A stretch of 45,315 nt of DNA from assembly GCA_023266675.1 (NCBI GenBank), contig JAHFPP010000003.1:1-45315 (forward strand), read 5' to 3'. The stretch comes from Candidatus Woesearchaeota archaeon. GTDB taxonomy: Archaea; Nanobdellota; Nanobdellia; Woesearchaeales; BM511. Each line of letters starts with the position of its first letter. Positions within the stretch are counted from its first letter, which is position 1. Under the pieces are notes generated by a model. That model was given only the letters and a program-made list of their open reading frames with translations. It was not told the origin of the DNA and did no database searches. Made by a program: the position numbers and the translations under genes. This document shows positions 17,721-27,567 of this stretch, one piece after another.

Positions 17721-18392
17721 TTAGAAGAATCTTATTATCGCTGTTTGATCATCGTTTTTAAAAAAATTATAGACGTGTCCAATATTCGCTCTTTTTTTAT
17801 ATAATAATAAAGATTCTAACCTATTGACAACTACGTCTGGATTTCGTGCGTTTTTAATTACACATTCATAAAGTTCATCAGGGGATATATTGTCTGTAAT
17901 GCCATCCGTAGCCAAAACAAGCCTGTCATTTTGTCTTAATTTGAATTGTTTTCTATGAATGTCTAGTTTATCTTCTATACCCATGGATTGACTGATAACT
18001 GAAGGATTCTCAGGTAAAGAATCTGAAGTTGTAAGTTCTATTGCTTTTCCATTTCTAAATATATATGCAGGACTATCACCGACATTGAAAACATATAATC
18101 TGTCTTCAATTTTTAAAGCAACGGTTGCTGTAGTTAGAGCTTTTCCCATAAATTGATTAGATAAATTGATATTAGCCCCTGTAAGAAGATTTTTTACATC
18201 TGTTGGCTTATTAATTTCTGCATTTAATAAATAAGTTCTTAATGTCAGACTAGCTTTTGAACCTTCACCTGCTGTACTGACACCATCAAATACAGCATCA
18301 ACAATAGACTCAGAACTTAAAAGTCGGGATAGATAATTATCTTCGCCATGCTTAGAATTTTTAAAATAAACTGCATAATCACCATTTTCCAT
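17721..18392 (-). CDS. PP2C/PPM-family protein phosphatase
   Basis: GEDN, AVFDGV, NVGDSPAY, LATDGITD, DDQT. Confidence 0.9.
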   Translation of the reverse strand: MENGDYAVYFKNSKHGEDNYLSRLLSSESIVDAVFDGVSTAGEGSKASLTLRTYLLNAEINKPTDVKNLLTGANINLSNQFMGKALTTATVALKIEDRLYVFNVGDSPAYIFRNGKAIELTTSDSLPENPSVISQSMGIEDKLDIHRKQFKLRQNDRLVLATDGITDNISPDELYECVIKNARNPDVVVNRLESLLLYKKRANIGHVYNFFKNDDQTAIIRFF

Positions 18393-18521
18393 AATTTAAG
18401 AAATAGAGTTTTATTTAATAATATTCCTCTTGTAATTACTGTTGAAAGATAAAACAATATAAAAACTAAAAAAATGTTATTTTTGTTTAATAATATAGTC
18501 ATTTATAATATTTAGTAGTAA

Positions 18522-18541
18522 TAACTACTACATAGTAATTA
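18522..18541 (+). promoter_or_regulatory. Palindromic regulator site (TAACNACT-N4-AGTNGTTA family) upstream of the IMPase-like gene
   Basis: TAAC T ACT ACAT AGT A ATTA; 18 nt between AGT and the TATA ATTAAATA (18555-18562). Confidence 0.6.
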
Positions 18542-18584
18542 TAAAATAGAAAGTATTAAATATAGGTTTTAATTTTATTATTTT

Positions 18585-19400
18585 ATGGATAAGAATATAG
18601 AACAATTAACGCAAACATGCTTAGAAGCTTTACTTATCGCAAATAATGTATTAAATACACTTGGCAACAAAGGAAGAGATGAAGTCCATGATGAACATGT
18701 TGTTGACATATCTACCAAAGGAGACATGGCTGCTTCTGATGCATTAATAAAATTCTTTAAAGAGCAAAATATTCCGGCAATTCTTTATAGTGAGGAATCT
18801 GGAAGAATTGAACTATCAAAAAATCCGAAATACACAATTACTTTTGATGATATTGACGGAACAGATAATTACCATCGTGGAAAAGGAATGCTTCCATATT
18901 GCACTGTTGTCACTATTTTTGATTCGCCAAACCCAAGTTTTGAGAATGCATTAATCAGTGGGGTTATTGAACATAATTCTAAGATGACGTGGCATGCCAT
19001 TAGAGGAAATGGTTGTTATTTGAATGGTGAGCTGGTAAAAACATCAGAGAGAAGAAACCTTGATAGACGAGCGCTTGTAATTATTGATCATTATGCATCA
19101 AGCGATGATATTTCAAATTTAGTAAAAGTTTATCCTGAATCCTGGGTAAAAGATTTTGGTTCTGCAGCTTTACATTTAGCCGGAGTAAGCAGCGGATTAT
19201 TTGATGCTTATATATCCCCATCACAAAAAGCCCATGAACTAGGGGCAGGATATCTTCTGATAAAAGAAGCCGGCGGATTCTTATCTGATAAGAAGGGAAA
19301 TAAGTTAGATAATTTAAAGTATGATTTCGATGCGAAATATAGTATTGTTGCTGCCTCAACAAAAGAGCTTGGTGAAATATTATTGTCAAAGATTAATTAA
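18585..19400 (+). CDS. Inositol monophosphatase / FBPase (FIG superfamily) protein
   Basis: STKGD, SEESG, DDIDGTDNY, FGSAALHLAGVSSG, AGYLLIKEAGG. Confidence 0.85.
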   Translation: MDKNIEQLTQTCLEALLIANNVLNTLGNKGRDEVHDEHVVDISTKGDMAASDALIKFFKEQNIPAILYSEESGRIELSKNPKYTITFDDIDGTDNYHRGKGMLPYCTVVTIFDSPNPSFENALISGVIEHNSKMTWHAIRGNGCYLNGELVKTSERRNLDRRALVIIDHYASSDDISNLVKVYPESWVKDFGSAALHLAGVSSGLFDAYISPSQKAHELGAGYLLIKEAGGFLSDKKGNKLDNLKYDFDAKYSIVAASTKELGEILLSKIN

Positions 19401-19405
19401 ATCAG

Positions 19406-19735
19406 TTAGATATTCTTATTTTTCTCAAAATACTCTTTTACTTCTGTTTTTATCTGCGCTTTAGCTTCTTTTCCAAGCTTGTAATAAGTCTTTTCAACAG
19501 ATGCTCCCCACGAGAAATCTCCGCTTTCAGTTTTTATCTCAACAATCTCAAACTCACCTGTTGAAATACCTTTTTTTAGGTTATAGTAGATTACCTCAGA
19601 CGTACAGTTAGGGAATAATTGGTTGTAAATCTTATGGATTTGGTAACCATATCCATGTCCTAGAAAATAAAGTATCTCAACAATGTTCTGCCTTACTTTT
19701 GATGACAATGGTCGGCCGCGTGTCTGCATAATCAT
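19406..19735 (-). CDS. Winged-helix (PadR-like) DNA-binding protein
   Basis: IVEILYFLGHGYGYQIHKIY, IYYNLKKG, KTYYKL; N-terminal RGRP. Confidence 0.65.
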   Translation of the reverse strand: MIMQTRGRPLSSKVRQNIVEILYFLGHGYGYQIHKIYNQLFPNCTSEVIYYNLKKGISTGEFEIVEIKTESGDFSWGASVEKTYYKLGKEAKAQIKTEVKEYFEKNKNI

Positions 19736-19779
19736 TAAAATATAGCAATCAATATAAAAACGTTTACAAACCTAAGAGT

Positions 19780-20721
19780 ATGAAACAGATATTTGAACTC
19801 TCAAAGAAGGACCTGGAAATTTCAAAGTTTGAAGTGCTAAGTTTATACAACCCAAAAAAGCATGAGTTATTGGATGACTTATTGATATTTGATTCGAAGG
19901 ATGATTTCTCAAAAAGACTTGCGTACACAAAAAATGTTTATGAGTTTGTTTTTGAATGCAACAATAAAGAAATTGACGAGACAATAAAAAGTTTTGACTG
20001 GAATATGATATATAATAAATCGTTCTCTGTAAGATTCATTGACAACACTGATAGAGAAAGAAAAATTGCAGGATTAATCTTTGACATCATAAAAACCCCT
20101 AAAGTTGACCTGAGAAATGCAAGCACAAAAATTGTTTTTTTCAGGAAGAAAGACAAGATTATTTGTGGCGTGCTAAAACATGAGAATGACAACGAGTTTT
20201 TGAAAAGACGAGCGCACATGCGCCCACAGCTTCACCCGACATCTCTACACCCTCAGCTTGCAATTGCGTGCATAAATATGACAGGAAAAACTGATGGCAC
20301 GCTACTTGACCCATTCTGCGGAAGCGGCGGCATACTTATTGAAGCAGGAATAATTGGTTTTAAAACAACCGGCTACGACATAGACAGAATAATGGTGAAT
20401 CGAAGCAGAATAAATCTTGATTACTATAAAATAAAAGATTATAACATAACGCTTCATGATGCCACAAAAATAAAAGACAGATTTGACTGCATAGTCACAG
20501 ACCTTCCATACGGGCGAAATTCAAAATTAAGCAGTGAAATAGAAGTTCTTTACAGAGAATTCCTAAAATCTGCGTATGAATCAACAGACTCAGCAGTTGT
20601 CTTGTTTCCTGATTTCACCGATTATAAGAAATTCATTGGCAAATGGAAAGTAAAATCTGTTTTTGACTACTACCTGCATAAAAGCCTAAGCAAGAAGATT
20701 GTTGTGCTTGAAAAAGGATAA
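19780..20721 (+). CDS. trm11: tRNA (guanine-10-N2) methyltransferase Trm11/TrmG10 (THUMP + MTase)
   Basis: HPTSLHP, LLDPFCGSGGILIEA, TDLPYGR, HKSLSK. Confidence 0.85.
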   Translation: MKQIFELSKKDLEISKFEVLSLYNPKKHELLDDLLIFDSKDDFSKRLAYTKNVYEFVFECNNKEIDETIKSFDWNMIYNKSFSVRFIDNTDRERKIAGLIFDIIKTPKVDLRNASTKIVFFRKKDKIICGVLKHENDNEFLKRRAHMRPQLHPTSLHPQLAIACINMTGKTDGTLLDPFCGSGGILIEAGIIGFKTTGYDIDRIMVNRSRINLDYYKIKDYNITLHDATKIKDRFDCIVTDLPYGRNSKLSSEIEVLYREFLKSAYESTDSAVVLFPDFTDYKKFIGKWKVKSVFDYYLHKSLSKKIVVLEKG

Positions 20722-20726
20722 TTAAG

Positions 20727-22256
20727 TTAATAGGTTTTTAATGACGAAAAGATTGAGTCATCAGCGTCTTCATCATATTTGGGTTTTTCTTCATCTTTTT
20801 CCTTGTCAATTTTATCTGAGTTTTTTTCTTTAATATTCTTTTTATCAGGAGTTTTTTCTTTTTCCTTATGAAGAAGTTTTTCTTTCTCATCACTAATTTC
20901 TTCATCTTCGCTGTCCAAAGTGAGATAGGCGGTTTTTTCTTCCTCTTTTTCATCTTTTTTTCTTGACAATTTTGGTTTTAATTGCGTTTTTTTCTGTTTT
21001 TTATCAGACTCATAATCATTTTCATAAACTTTTATATCTTCCCTGTCAAACTCCTCTCTTAAATCATCCTCTTCATCATAATTCACTGCTCCGTCTTCAA
21101 TTTTTTCGCGTATAGGATGAATTTCTTCCTTATGTATTAGCTCAACTTTCAGCTCTTTTTTCTTCAAAGGTTTTTGCTTTGATTCGTTTTCTGCTTCCAA
21201 AGAATCATATATCTTTATTTCGTCTTTTATGACTTCGTCTTCTTCTGATGCGTCATCCTGTTTTTGTGAAACTTCATAAACTTCAAGTTTTTGCATATTT
21301 TTTTCAAAAGGAGCAGTTTCATAAGTCGCTTCTATATCTTTAATTGATAAGACAAAGAAATCTTCTTTGCATATCGCAATTTCAACAAGTTTGTTCTTCC
21401 CGATTTCGCTTGCAATTTTTGATGATTCCAATATTTCTGTTTCACTTAATTTTTGCATTTTCCCAATTTCGCCTATGCTGATTTTGTCAGATTTAGTTTT
21501 GTTACTTATTTCATACTTTATTTGCTGTTTTTTCACGCTTATTTTTTTTAACCTGAAATCCTTTTCCCCAACATAATATTCGTCCGGAGTAATCTCCTTG
21601 TCATTAAAACCTTCATACGCTCCAAATATCGCTTTTAAAGTTATATAGTCTGTGCTATTTGTAAAAATCTGTACAGATTTTTCAGGATAAACCATTTTTT
21701 GAACTATGACTGCAATTTTGGAATCTAATGAGGAGTTAGTTTTAAGTTTTAAAGAAAGATTCCTTGAGGTGAACTCTGATGCATAAATGACTTTGATAGC
21801 TGTTAGTAGCTCGTTCTCTCCTTTGATGTTGAGTAGTGAAAGACTTTCTGTGTTGTTTTCTTTTTTATCATTATGGCTAACGCGTATTGCAACGCTGATT
21901 TTTTCATCTTTTGATTTTAAGAGTTCTACTGCCGAAAGCTTTTTTTCTGCAGCAATTGCAAGGTAATTTTCAATTATAAGAGATGAAAGATCCTGTGGAA
22001 ATTTTGTTTCAATGATGAGTTTTTGGATGTTATTTGCCGTTTCCTGCACGTTAATGCTGTTTAGTTTGGATAAAATTTCTGTTATTTTTGTATGAACCCC
22101 TGTGGTTTCCAGAAAATATTTGTGTCCAAGTGTTGTTAAAACAAATCCTGCAGGAATTTTTTGCTTTTGATATATCATAGCAATATTTAGCGCTTTTACC
22201 CCTATTATCTCAGAATTTATAAGTTTTATTTCGCTAAAAAGCAGTATTTGTGACAT
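20727..22256 (-). CDS. Degenerate PEP-synthase/PPDK N-terminal (ATP-grasp) domain protein with long charged tail
   Basis: IGVKALNI, IPAGFVLTT, VAIRVS, AVIVQKMV, TPDEYYV; no phospho-His or PEP-binding domain; ~200-aa E/D/K-rich C-terminus. Confidence 0.7.
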   Translation of the reverse strand: MSQILLFSEIKLINSEIIGVKALNIAMIYQKQKIPAGFVLTTLGHKYFLETTGVHTKITEILSKLNSINVQETANNIQKLIIETKFPQDLSSLIIENYLAIAAEKKLSAVELLKSKDEKISVAIRVSHNDKKENNTESLSLLNIKGENELLTAIKVIYASEFTSRNLSLKLKTNSSLDSKIAVIVQKMVYPEKSVQIFTNSTDYITLKAIFGAYEGFNDKEITPDEYYVGEKDFRLKKISVKKQQIKYEISNKTKSDKISIGEIGKMQKLSETEILESSKIASEIGKNKLVEIAICKEDFFVLSIKDIEATYETAPFEKNMQKLEVYEVSQKQDDASEEDEVIKDEIKIYDSLEAENESKQKPLKKKELKVELIHKEEIHPIREKIEDGAVNYDEEDDLREEFDREDIKVYENDYESDKKQKKTQLKPKLSRKKDEKEEEKTAYLTLDSEDEEISDEKEKLLHKEKEKTPDKKNIKEKNSDKIDKEKDEEKPKYDEDADDSIFSSLKTY

Positions 22257-22313
22257 ATAAAGTTTATATGCTGCTTCTTATTTAAATTTTTCGACGAAAG
22301 AGGGTTATTTAAT

Positions 22314-22457
22314 TTATTTTGATATTGTAAGCACGAACACCACAAAGACCATTATTGCCAGAAATAATCTTAATATTGAGCCGATATGCTTATTCATCAA
22401 TAAATTTTCTTTCTCTAAATTTTTTTTTAGATTAATGTCAGGATCAGTTATTCCCAT
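22314..22457 (-). CDS. Small (47-aa) tail-anchored membrane protein (absent from the ORF track)
   Basis: MGITDPDINLKKNLEKENLLMNKHIGSILRLFLAIMVFVVFVLTISK; fills an intergenic gap with a TATA-like element upstream. Confidence 0.5.
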   Translation of the reverse strand: MGITDPDINLKKNLEKENLLMNKHIGSILRLFLAIMVFVVFVLTISK

Positions 22458-22521
22458 CCGATTATATTGTATTATTTTAAAACACCTTTATGATAAATAC
22501 CAAGTTTATCAGATATATACT

Positions 22522-23499
22522 TCACTTTTTAAGGTTTATGTTTTTAATTTTAATCTTTGACTTAACAATTAAGTCATGGGCATCATTTGCATTAAGAAGT
22601 CCCTGTTTTGGCCCGACTTTTGACACAACCGACGCAGAATTTGCAACTCCAAGCTTAATTGCGTACTCAACTGAATTTTTTAATAAAAGCCCTGACAGAA
22701 ATGATGCTCCAAATGCGTCGCCAGCTCCTGTTGTTTCAAGAACTTTAACTTTTACTGCGTCAGCCTGGTATATTATGTCTGAATGGAGTAACTCGACGCC
22801 GTTTTTTCCCTGTGTTATTATAACCATATCAGGCCCAAGCTGATTAAGCTTATGGAGAAGAATTGGAATTGGTGCACTTCCGATAAGAAGCCTTGCCTCT
22901 TCATCATTTAATATCAATAAGTCAGTATTTTTAAGGATTTTTTTAAGCGAATCGCTTCCCTTGCTTGCAAGGTAATTGCTTGGATTAAAAGCCACTTTTA
23001 TTCCTTTCTTGACTGCATAGTCTGAGAGTTTTTCAAGAAGTTTGACGTCAATTGCGCAGAAATAAAACCATCTGCTCATTAGTTTTTCTTTGTCAAGATG
23101 CGCATAGTTTAGCTTTTCACTGGCGTCTTTGTAAACAAGTATCGTCCTGTCATCATCACTGCTGTCAAGGATAACAGAGTAATTTGTCATATCTTCAGAT
23201 ATTGTTCCAAGAAAATCAACGTTCTCCCTTTTCAATAAGTCTATTATACGCCGTCCATGGTCATCGTTGCCTATGTTTCCAAGGTATCCTGCCTTAAGGC
23301 CGAGTCTTGAAACAGCAACTGCAGTATTTGTTCCGCCGCCGCCTACTGAAAAATTAAGGCTTTTCATAAGTATCTTTGAGCCAGATGGATACGCTATCAA
23401 TGACTCTTTTGACTTTCCATTGTTTATTGTAATCAATTCTGCTTCGGTTTTTGCAAAAACGTCAAATGTTGCGCTTCCAATGGTGATTATATCGTACAT
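22522..23499 (-). CDS. PfkB-family carbohydrate kinase
   Basis: GGGGTNTAVAVSRLG, IITQGKNG, ETTGAGDAF. Confidence 0.93.
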   Translation of the reverse strand: MYDIITIGSATFDVFAKTEAELITINNGKSKESLIAYPSGSKILMKSLNFSVGGGGTNTAVAVSRLGLKAGYLGNIGNDDHGRRIIDLLKRENVDFLGTISEDMTNYSVILDSSDDDRTILVYKDASEKLNYAHLDKEKLMSRWFYFCAIDVKLLEKLSDYAVKKGIKVAFNPSNYLASKGSDSLKKILKNTDLLILNDEEARLLIGSAPIPILLHKLNQLGPDMVIITQGKNGVELLHSDIIYQADAVKVKVLETTGAGDAFGASFLSGLLLKNSVEYAIKLGVANSASVVSKVGPKQGLLNANDAHDLIVKSKIKIKNINLKK

Positions 23500-23592
23500 A
23501 CAACAGTAAAGGAGACATTAGTTTAAATAATTTTAGTGATGATTAACTAGTGGGTACAAAAAAATGCATAAATTAGAAAAATTAGAGAATTG

Positions 23593-24618
23593 TTATTTTA
23601 TATTATCAAGTATGTTATGCGCATTTTTTGTGTTAAGATAGTTTTTTAGCTTTTCAAAGTTCTTTCCAAGTTTCATGAATAGTTGCGTACGCTTGACGTC
23701 AACCTCTTTGTTTTGCACTCTTGCAAACTTGTCAGCTTCAATAAGCCCGTATGGGTATCCTAAAAAAACAGGGTCTTTTGAATTAAGATAAAGAAGTGAT
23801 AAAAGTATTTCAATTTTATCACTCTCCGGATTGTTTGCTTCAAGCCTGAAAACATATTTTGATTTTTCATTTAGCTTCACAATGTAAACTTCCGCCTTAT
23901 GATCATGGTTATCAATTTTTACGAGTGGATGATAATACCATTCACCGTCAACATTTAATGAGTTTAATATAGCTATGACTGAGTTTCCGCTTTCAGTTAG
24001 AAGCGACGTTGTTTTTGAAAGCGCTGATATCATAACATTATTTTCCATTGAAGCTTTATACATTTCATCAAACAATTTTTTCTCTCCGTTTACCGTTGCT
24101 TCAAGTGTTGTATCAAGAACGATGAATCCGTTTTTCAGTTCTTGGCAGAGTTTAGTTGCAAGTTTAATCTCAAGAAATTTTCTGGATATTTCTCCAATGC
24201 TTTCAACCTTAACCATTCTTCCGCCAGTTGAAAGTGTTGCGTCATAAGCGTCAAAACTCATTTTATCAATACCCAAAGCATCTCCTGAAGATATCTTCAC
24301 TTCGTAAGAAATTGATTTCTCTTTTTTTATTGCGTTTATTAGCACAAATGCCTCATAAGTATTTTTTTTTATTCTTTTGTTATTTTGGTATATACAGTAA
24401 TACAGTCTTATCATCTGCAAAGAAAAATTGTGTGCGCCAGTTATCTCCTGATTCCCACCATCGATGAATGCTATTAAATTAGGTGAATCTGATTTTTTTA
24501 TTTTGTGAAAGTTTTCTTTTGAAAGCTTTACTGGTGTATATCCTTCCCTTGGAAAATGAGGAATTTCGCTATCATGAAATGAAAGACGTTCTAAAAGGTC
24601 AATTACTGATTTTTCCAT
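23593..24618 (-). CDS. NurA-family nuclease
   Basis: IAFIDGGN, FIVLD, ALSKT, GYPYGLIEADKFARV. Confidence 0.8.
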   Translation of the reverse strand: MEKSVIDLLERLSFHDSEIPHFPREGYTPVKLSKENFHKIKKSDSPNLIAFIDGGNQEITGAHNFSLQMIRLYYCIYQNNKRIKKNTYEAFVLINAIKKEKSISYEVKISSGDALGIDKMSFDAYDATLSTGGRMVKVESIGEISRKFLEIKLATKLCQELKNGFIVLDTTLEATVNGEKKLFDEMYKASMENNVMISALSKTTSLLTESGNSVIAILNSLNVDGEWYYHPLVKIDNHDHKAEVYIVKLNEKSKYVFRLEANNPESDKIEILLSLLYLNSKDPVFLGYPYGLIEADKFARVQNKEVDVKRTQLFMKLGKNFEKLKNYLNTKNAHNILDNIK

Positions 24619-24692
24619 GAAAATAATTATTAGGTTGTTATATTTATAATTGATGTAAAAGATTGAAAGGATTATACGTTTTAGTTTTTAAA

Positions 24693-25004
24693 TTATTGAA
24701 GAACTGCAAAAATGTTTGAAATTTCCTTTGCTGTATTTTCATTGTATGCCCAGATGTCTATCTGTTCTGGATTAACGCATGCTTCATAATAGTTTCCCAT
24801 ATAAATACCACCAAATTTTGAACCAATAACATGTTCTCCCCTGGAAGGATGCATCTCTTTTATAAAATTATTTAACAATCTTGGCGCTGCATTTAAAAGT
24901 AAATGTGTTTTAAAATGGTAAGGCAAGTCTATGCTTCCAACAACTTCCGGAACTTTATCTCCATGGAATGTATGTTTAGTTTCTATAATATCATCTAATA
25001 CCAT
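24693..25004 (-). CDS. Hypothetical protein
   Basis: 103-aa ORF filling an intergenic gap; no motif recognised. Confidence 0.55.
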   Translation of the reverse strand: MVLDDIIETKHTFHGDKVPEVVGSIDLPYHFKTHLLLNAAPRLLNNFIKEMHPSRGEHVIGSKFGGIYMGNYYEACVNPEQIDIWAYNENTAKEISNIFAVLQ

Positions 25005-25099
25005 AACCTAATAAAATAATAGGATTAATTTAAGCTTTTTGTTTTTTTTAGGGTAATATAATACAAAGTTTTATATAAAAAAAGGTGAAGGGAGTGTAT

Positions 25100-26980
25100 A
25101 TGAGAAAGGAAGGTATTCCACTATTGATTATACTGCTGTTTTTTGTTGTTCCATTTGTGGTTTCTGACGATTTTAAGGGTTACAAATACCCAGGCGATGA
25201 ATTCAGACTTAACGGTGACAATTTTTCAATTAAACTAAGCAAAGACTGGAAATCATCATACTTAAGCTATAATAAAGATGAACAGCTGATATTATCCAAT
25301 AATAGCTGTAAAGAAACAGAGAAAAAACTATATCTAATATGCTTTAAGGGAAGTGTAGTTGATTTTGACAAAAATATAGGCAAAATTGACGACCAAAGCG
25401 GAGAAACTGTACCTGGATTGAATTTAACAATAAGCTATAGAAGTCCTGAGATTATACTAATCAGAAATTTTTCAAAGATTAATCCTTTGATAATGGAAGC
25501 TGTTGATGTTAACATAACAATTGAGAATATTGGTAGAACTTCTGCAAATGTTGATTATTATGAAGTCATTCCAAGGGATATTGAAGTGACCGCATTAAAT
25601 GGTCTGGTTTATGACGGAGGAAATATAACATATTCAGCGGCATTAAATCCTGGTATGCTTCTTTTATTAAAATATAAGTTAAAGCCTTTAAAGAATCTAT
25701 CCTCAAACATAACAGGAAACATAACAGTATCATTTGAAGCACATAAAATAGTAACCCAGCTTGAAAAAATTAAATTTAGAACAAACGAAACAATAGTTCT
25801 CACCAAAAATATTACAAATAATTTAAGCGTAGAAGATTATGGTGTTTTAAGACTTGGTTTAAAAAATAAAGATAATGATGAGGCTATAAGAGGAAAGGTA
25901 TCTTTTGCTCTTCCAAAATCATTTAAGATAACAGGCATAAATGAGGGTAAAGTCCAGGAAACATCAAATTCATCATTTGATTATGAGTATTATATTGAGA
26001 GTCTTGGCTCAAGAGAGATAATCATCAATTTTACTCCAAAAAAAACAGGACAATATAACATTCCATTTATGATTAATTATACAACGCACGGCATAAATCG
26101 GATAGTAAAGGAAAATCTTAGCATAAAAATCATGTCTGGAAAGATAAATGCATCCATTATAACAAGTGACGATGAGGTTATGGGAAATCAGTTGATGAAT
26201 CTTAAGCTTATGATAAGGAATACTGATGATAATCTTGATTTTTATGATATAAGCGCAAAAATGAAAAATGAGGTTTTAAACAGAAATTTCTCCATACAAA
26301 AACTTCCTCCAAATTCAGAAGCAGTAATATTTGAGGATAATATTAGCATACCAAATTTTGAAAAAGTGGAGAAGATAACGCTTAATATTTCAGGGGTATA
26401 CATGTCCATAAATAATGAGAATTTCACTTTTTCAACCTCAAAGACAATAAAAGTGACTCCTCCATCAGAGATTATTGTAATAACACATGAATTCAATAAA
26501 TACATCAATGACCCTGACAAGGCAAAGATAACAGTCTATGTTGAAAACAAAAGAGATGTAACAGTTAAGGATATTGAGGTTAAGGAAAAAATTCCTTCAA
26601 ACATTAAAGTCCTTGACGGCGATACAAGAAATGTTATAAGCATAAGTCCAAAAAGAAAAAGTCAGGTATATACCTACACAATACAAACCATGGATAACAA
26701 AACAATTGACAATATAATAACTTCGCTCACATTTAAAGATGGAGAAAATGATATTTCTATAACACAGCCCCTTAAAGTAAACATTTCGTCAAAGAATGCC
26801 ACAAAATTAAGCGCGTCCACAAGAATTGTCAATGAAAAAACAAACAAAACAGTTGAAGTCAAAAAGAATGATATGATAAATGCGCAAACAATAATCAATA
26901 AGACAACAACCCCTCCAAGAGTAGACAACAGCAAGAAAACATTATGGCAAAAATTTGTAATCTGGCTTGGTAATATTTAA
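25100..26980 (+). CDS. Secreted/surface glycoprotein with repeated Ig-like (DUF11/COG1361-like) domains
   Basis: Signal peptide; repeated V-x-I-x-N-x-G and E-x-I-P beta-sandwich patterns; many NxT/S sequons; amphipathic C-terminus LWQKFVIWL. ATG at 25100. Confidence 0.7.
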   Translation: MRKEGIPLLIILLFFVVPFVVSDDFKGYKYPGDEFRLNGDNFSIKLSKDWKSSYLSYNKDEQLILSNNSCKETEKKLYLICFKGSVVDFDKNIGKIDDQSGETVPGLNLTISYRSPEIILIRNFSKINPLIMEAVDVNITIENIGRTSANVDYYEVIPRDIEVTALNGLVYDGGNITYSAALNPGMLLLLKYKLKPLKNLSSNITGNITVSFEAHKIVTQLEKIKFRTNETIVLTKNITNNLSVEDYGVLRLGLKNKDNDEAIRGKVSFALPKSFKITGINEGKVQETSNSSFDYEYYIESLGSREIIINFTPKKTGQYNIPFMINYTTHGINRIVKENLSIKIMSGKINASIITSDDEVMGNQLMNLKLMIRNTDDNLDFYDISAKMKNEVLNRNFSIQKLPPNSEAVIFEDNISIPNFEKVEKITLNISGVYMSINNENFTFSTSKTIKVTPPSEIIVITHEFNKYINDPDKAKITVYVENKRDVTVKDIEVKEKIPSNIKVLDGDTRNVISISPKRKSQVYTYTIQTMDNKTIDNIITSLTFKDGENDISITQPLKVNISSKNATKLSASTRIVNEKTNKTVEVKKNDMINAQTIINKTTTPPRVDNSKKTLWQKFVIWLGNI

Positions 26981-27022
26981 AACTGTAAAAGAAAATCCAG
27001 AAGTAAAGTAAATCCTAAAAAG

Positions 27023-27436
27023 TTATTTAACAATAATTCTTCCTTTCATTGAAGAATGAATGCCGCACACGTATTCATATGTTCCTGGAGTGTCAAACTT
27101 AAACTCAAAAAATCCTCCGTTTCCAATTGAAGGTGAGTTTACTGTTTCTGATTTGATAGTGTGAGTTGCTGAGTCCTGGTTTACCCATTTAACTTTGGTT
27201 CCGGTTTTAATGGTCAAAGTTTCTGGGATGAAAGCAAAATTCTTGATTGTAACAAGGGAAGATGCAGAGTTTGAATCAGAATTCTGGCTTGATATTATTG
27301 TGCTTGATTGACCACCTTTCGTGTTATCCTGAGAATCAGATGAAACAACCACATTGTTCTGATTACTGCACCCTGATAATAAGACTAAAAATGTAAGTAA
27401 CATTAATAATACCAGACTAAAAATTTTTGTATCCAT
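27023..27436 (-). CDS. Plastocyanin/azurin-family cupredoxin lipoprotein
   Basis: Lipobox LSGC; FAFIPETLTI, WVNQDSATHT, YVCGIHSSM (H, C, H, M copper ligands). Confidence 0.9.
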   Translation of the reverse strand: MDTKIFSLVLLMLLTFLVLLSGCSNQNNVVVSSDSQDNTKGGQSSTIISSQNSDSNSASSLVTIKNFAFIPETLTIKTGTKVKWVNQDSATHTIKSETVNSPSIGNGGFFEFKFDTPGTYEYVCGIHSSMKGRIIVK

Positions 27437-27567
27437 AAAAATAAATAGTTTATAACTATATATAAATGTTAAGATTAAGATGGCAAAGAGAGTAGAAATA
27501 GAAAAAAATATGCGCCGTTAAAGAGTCATTACAAAGATTTTTAAAGAATTACAATTCACTATATAGT

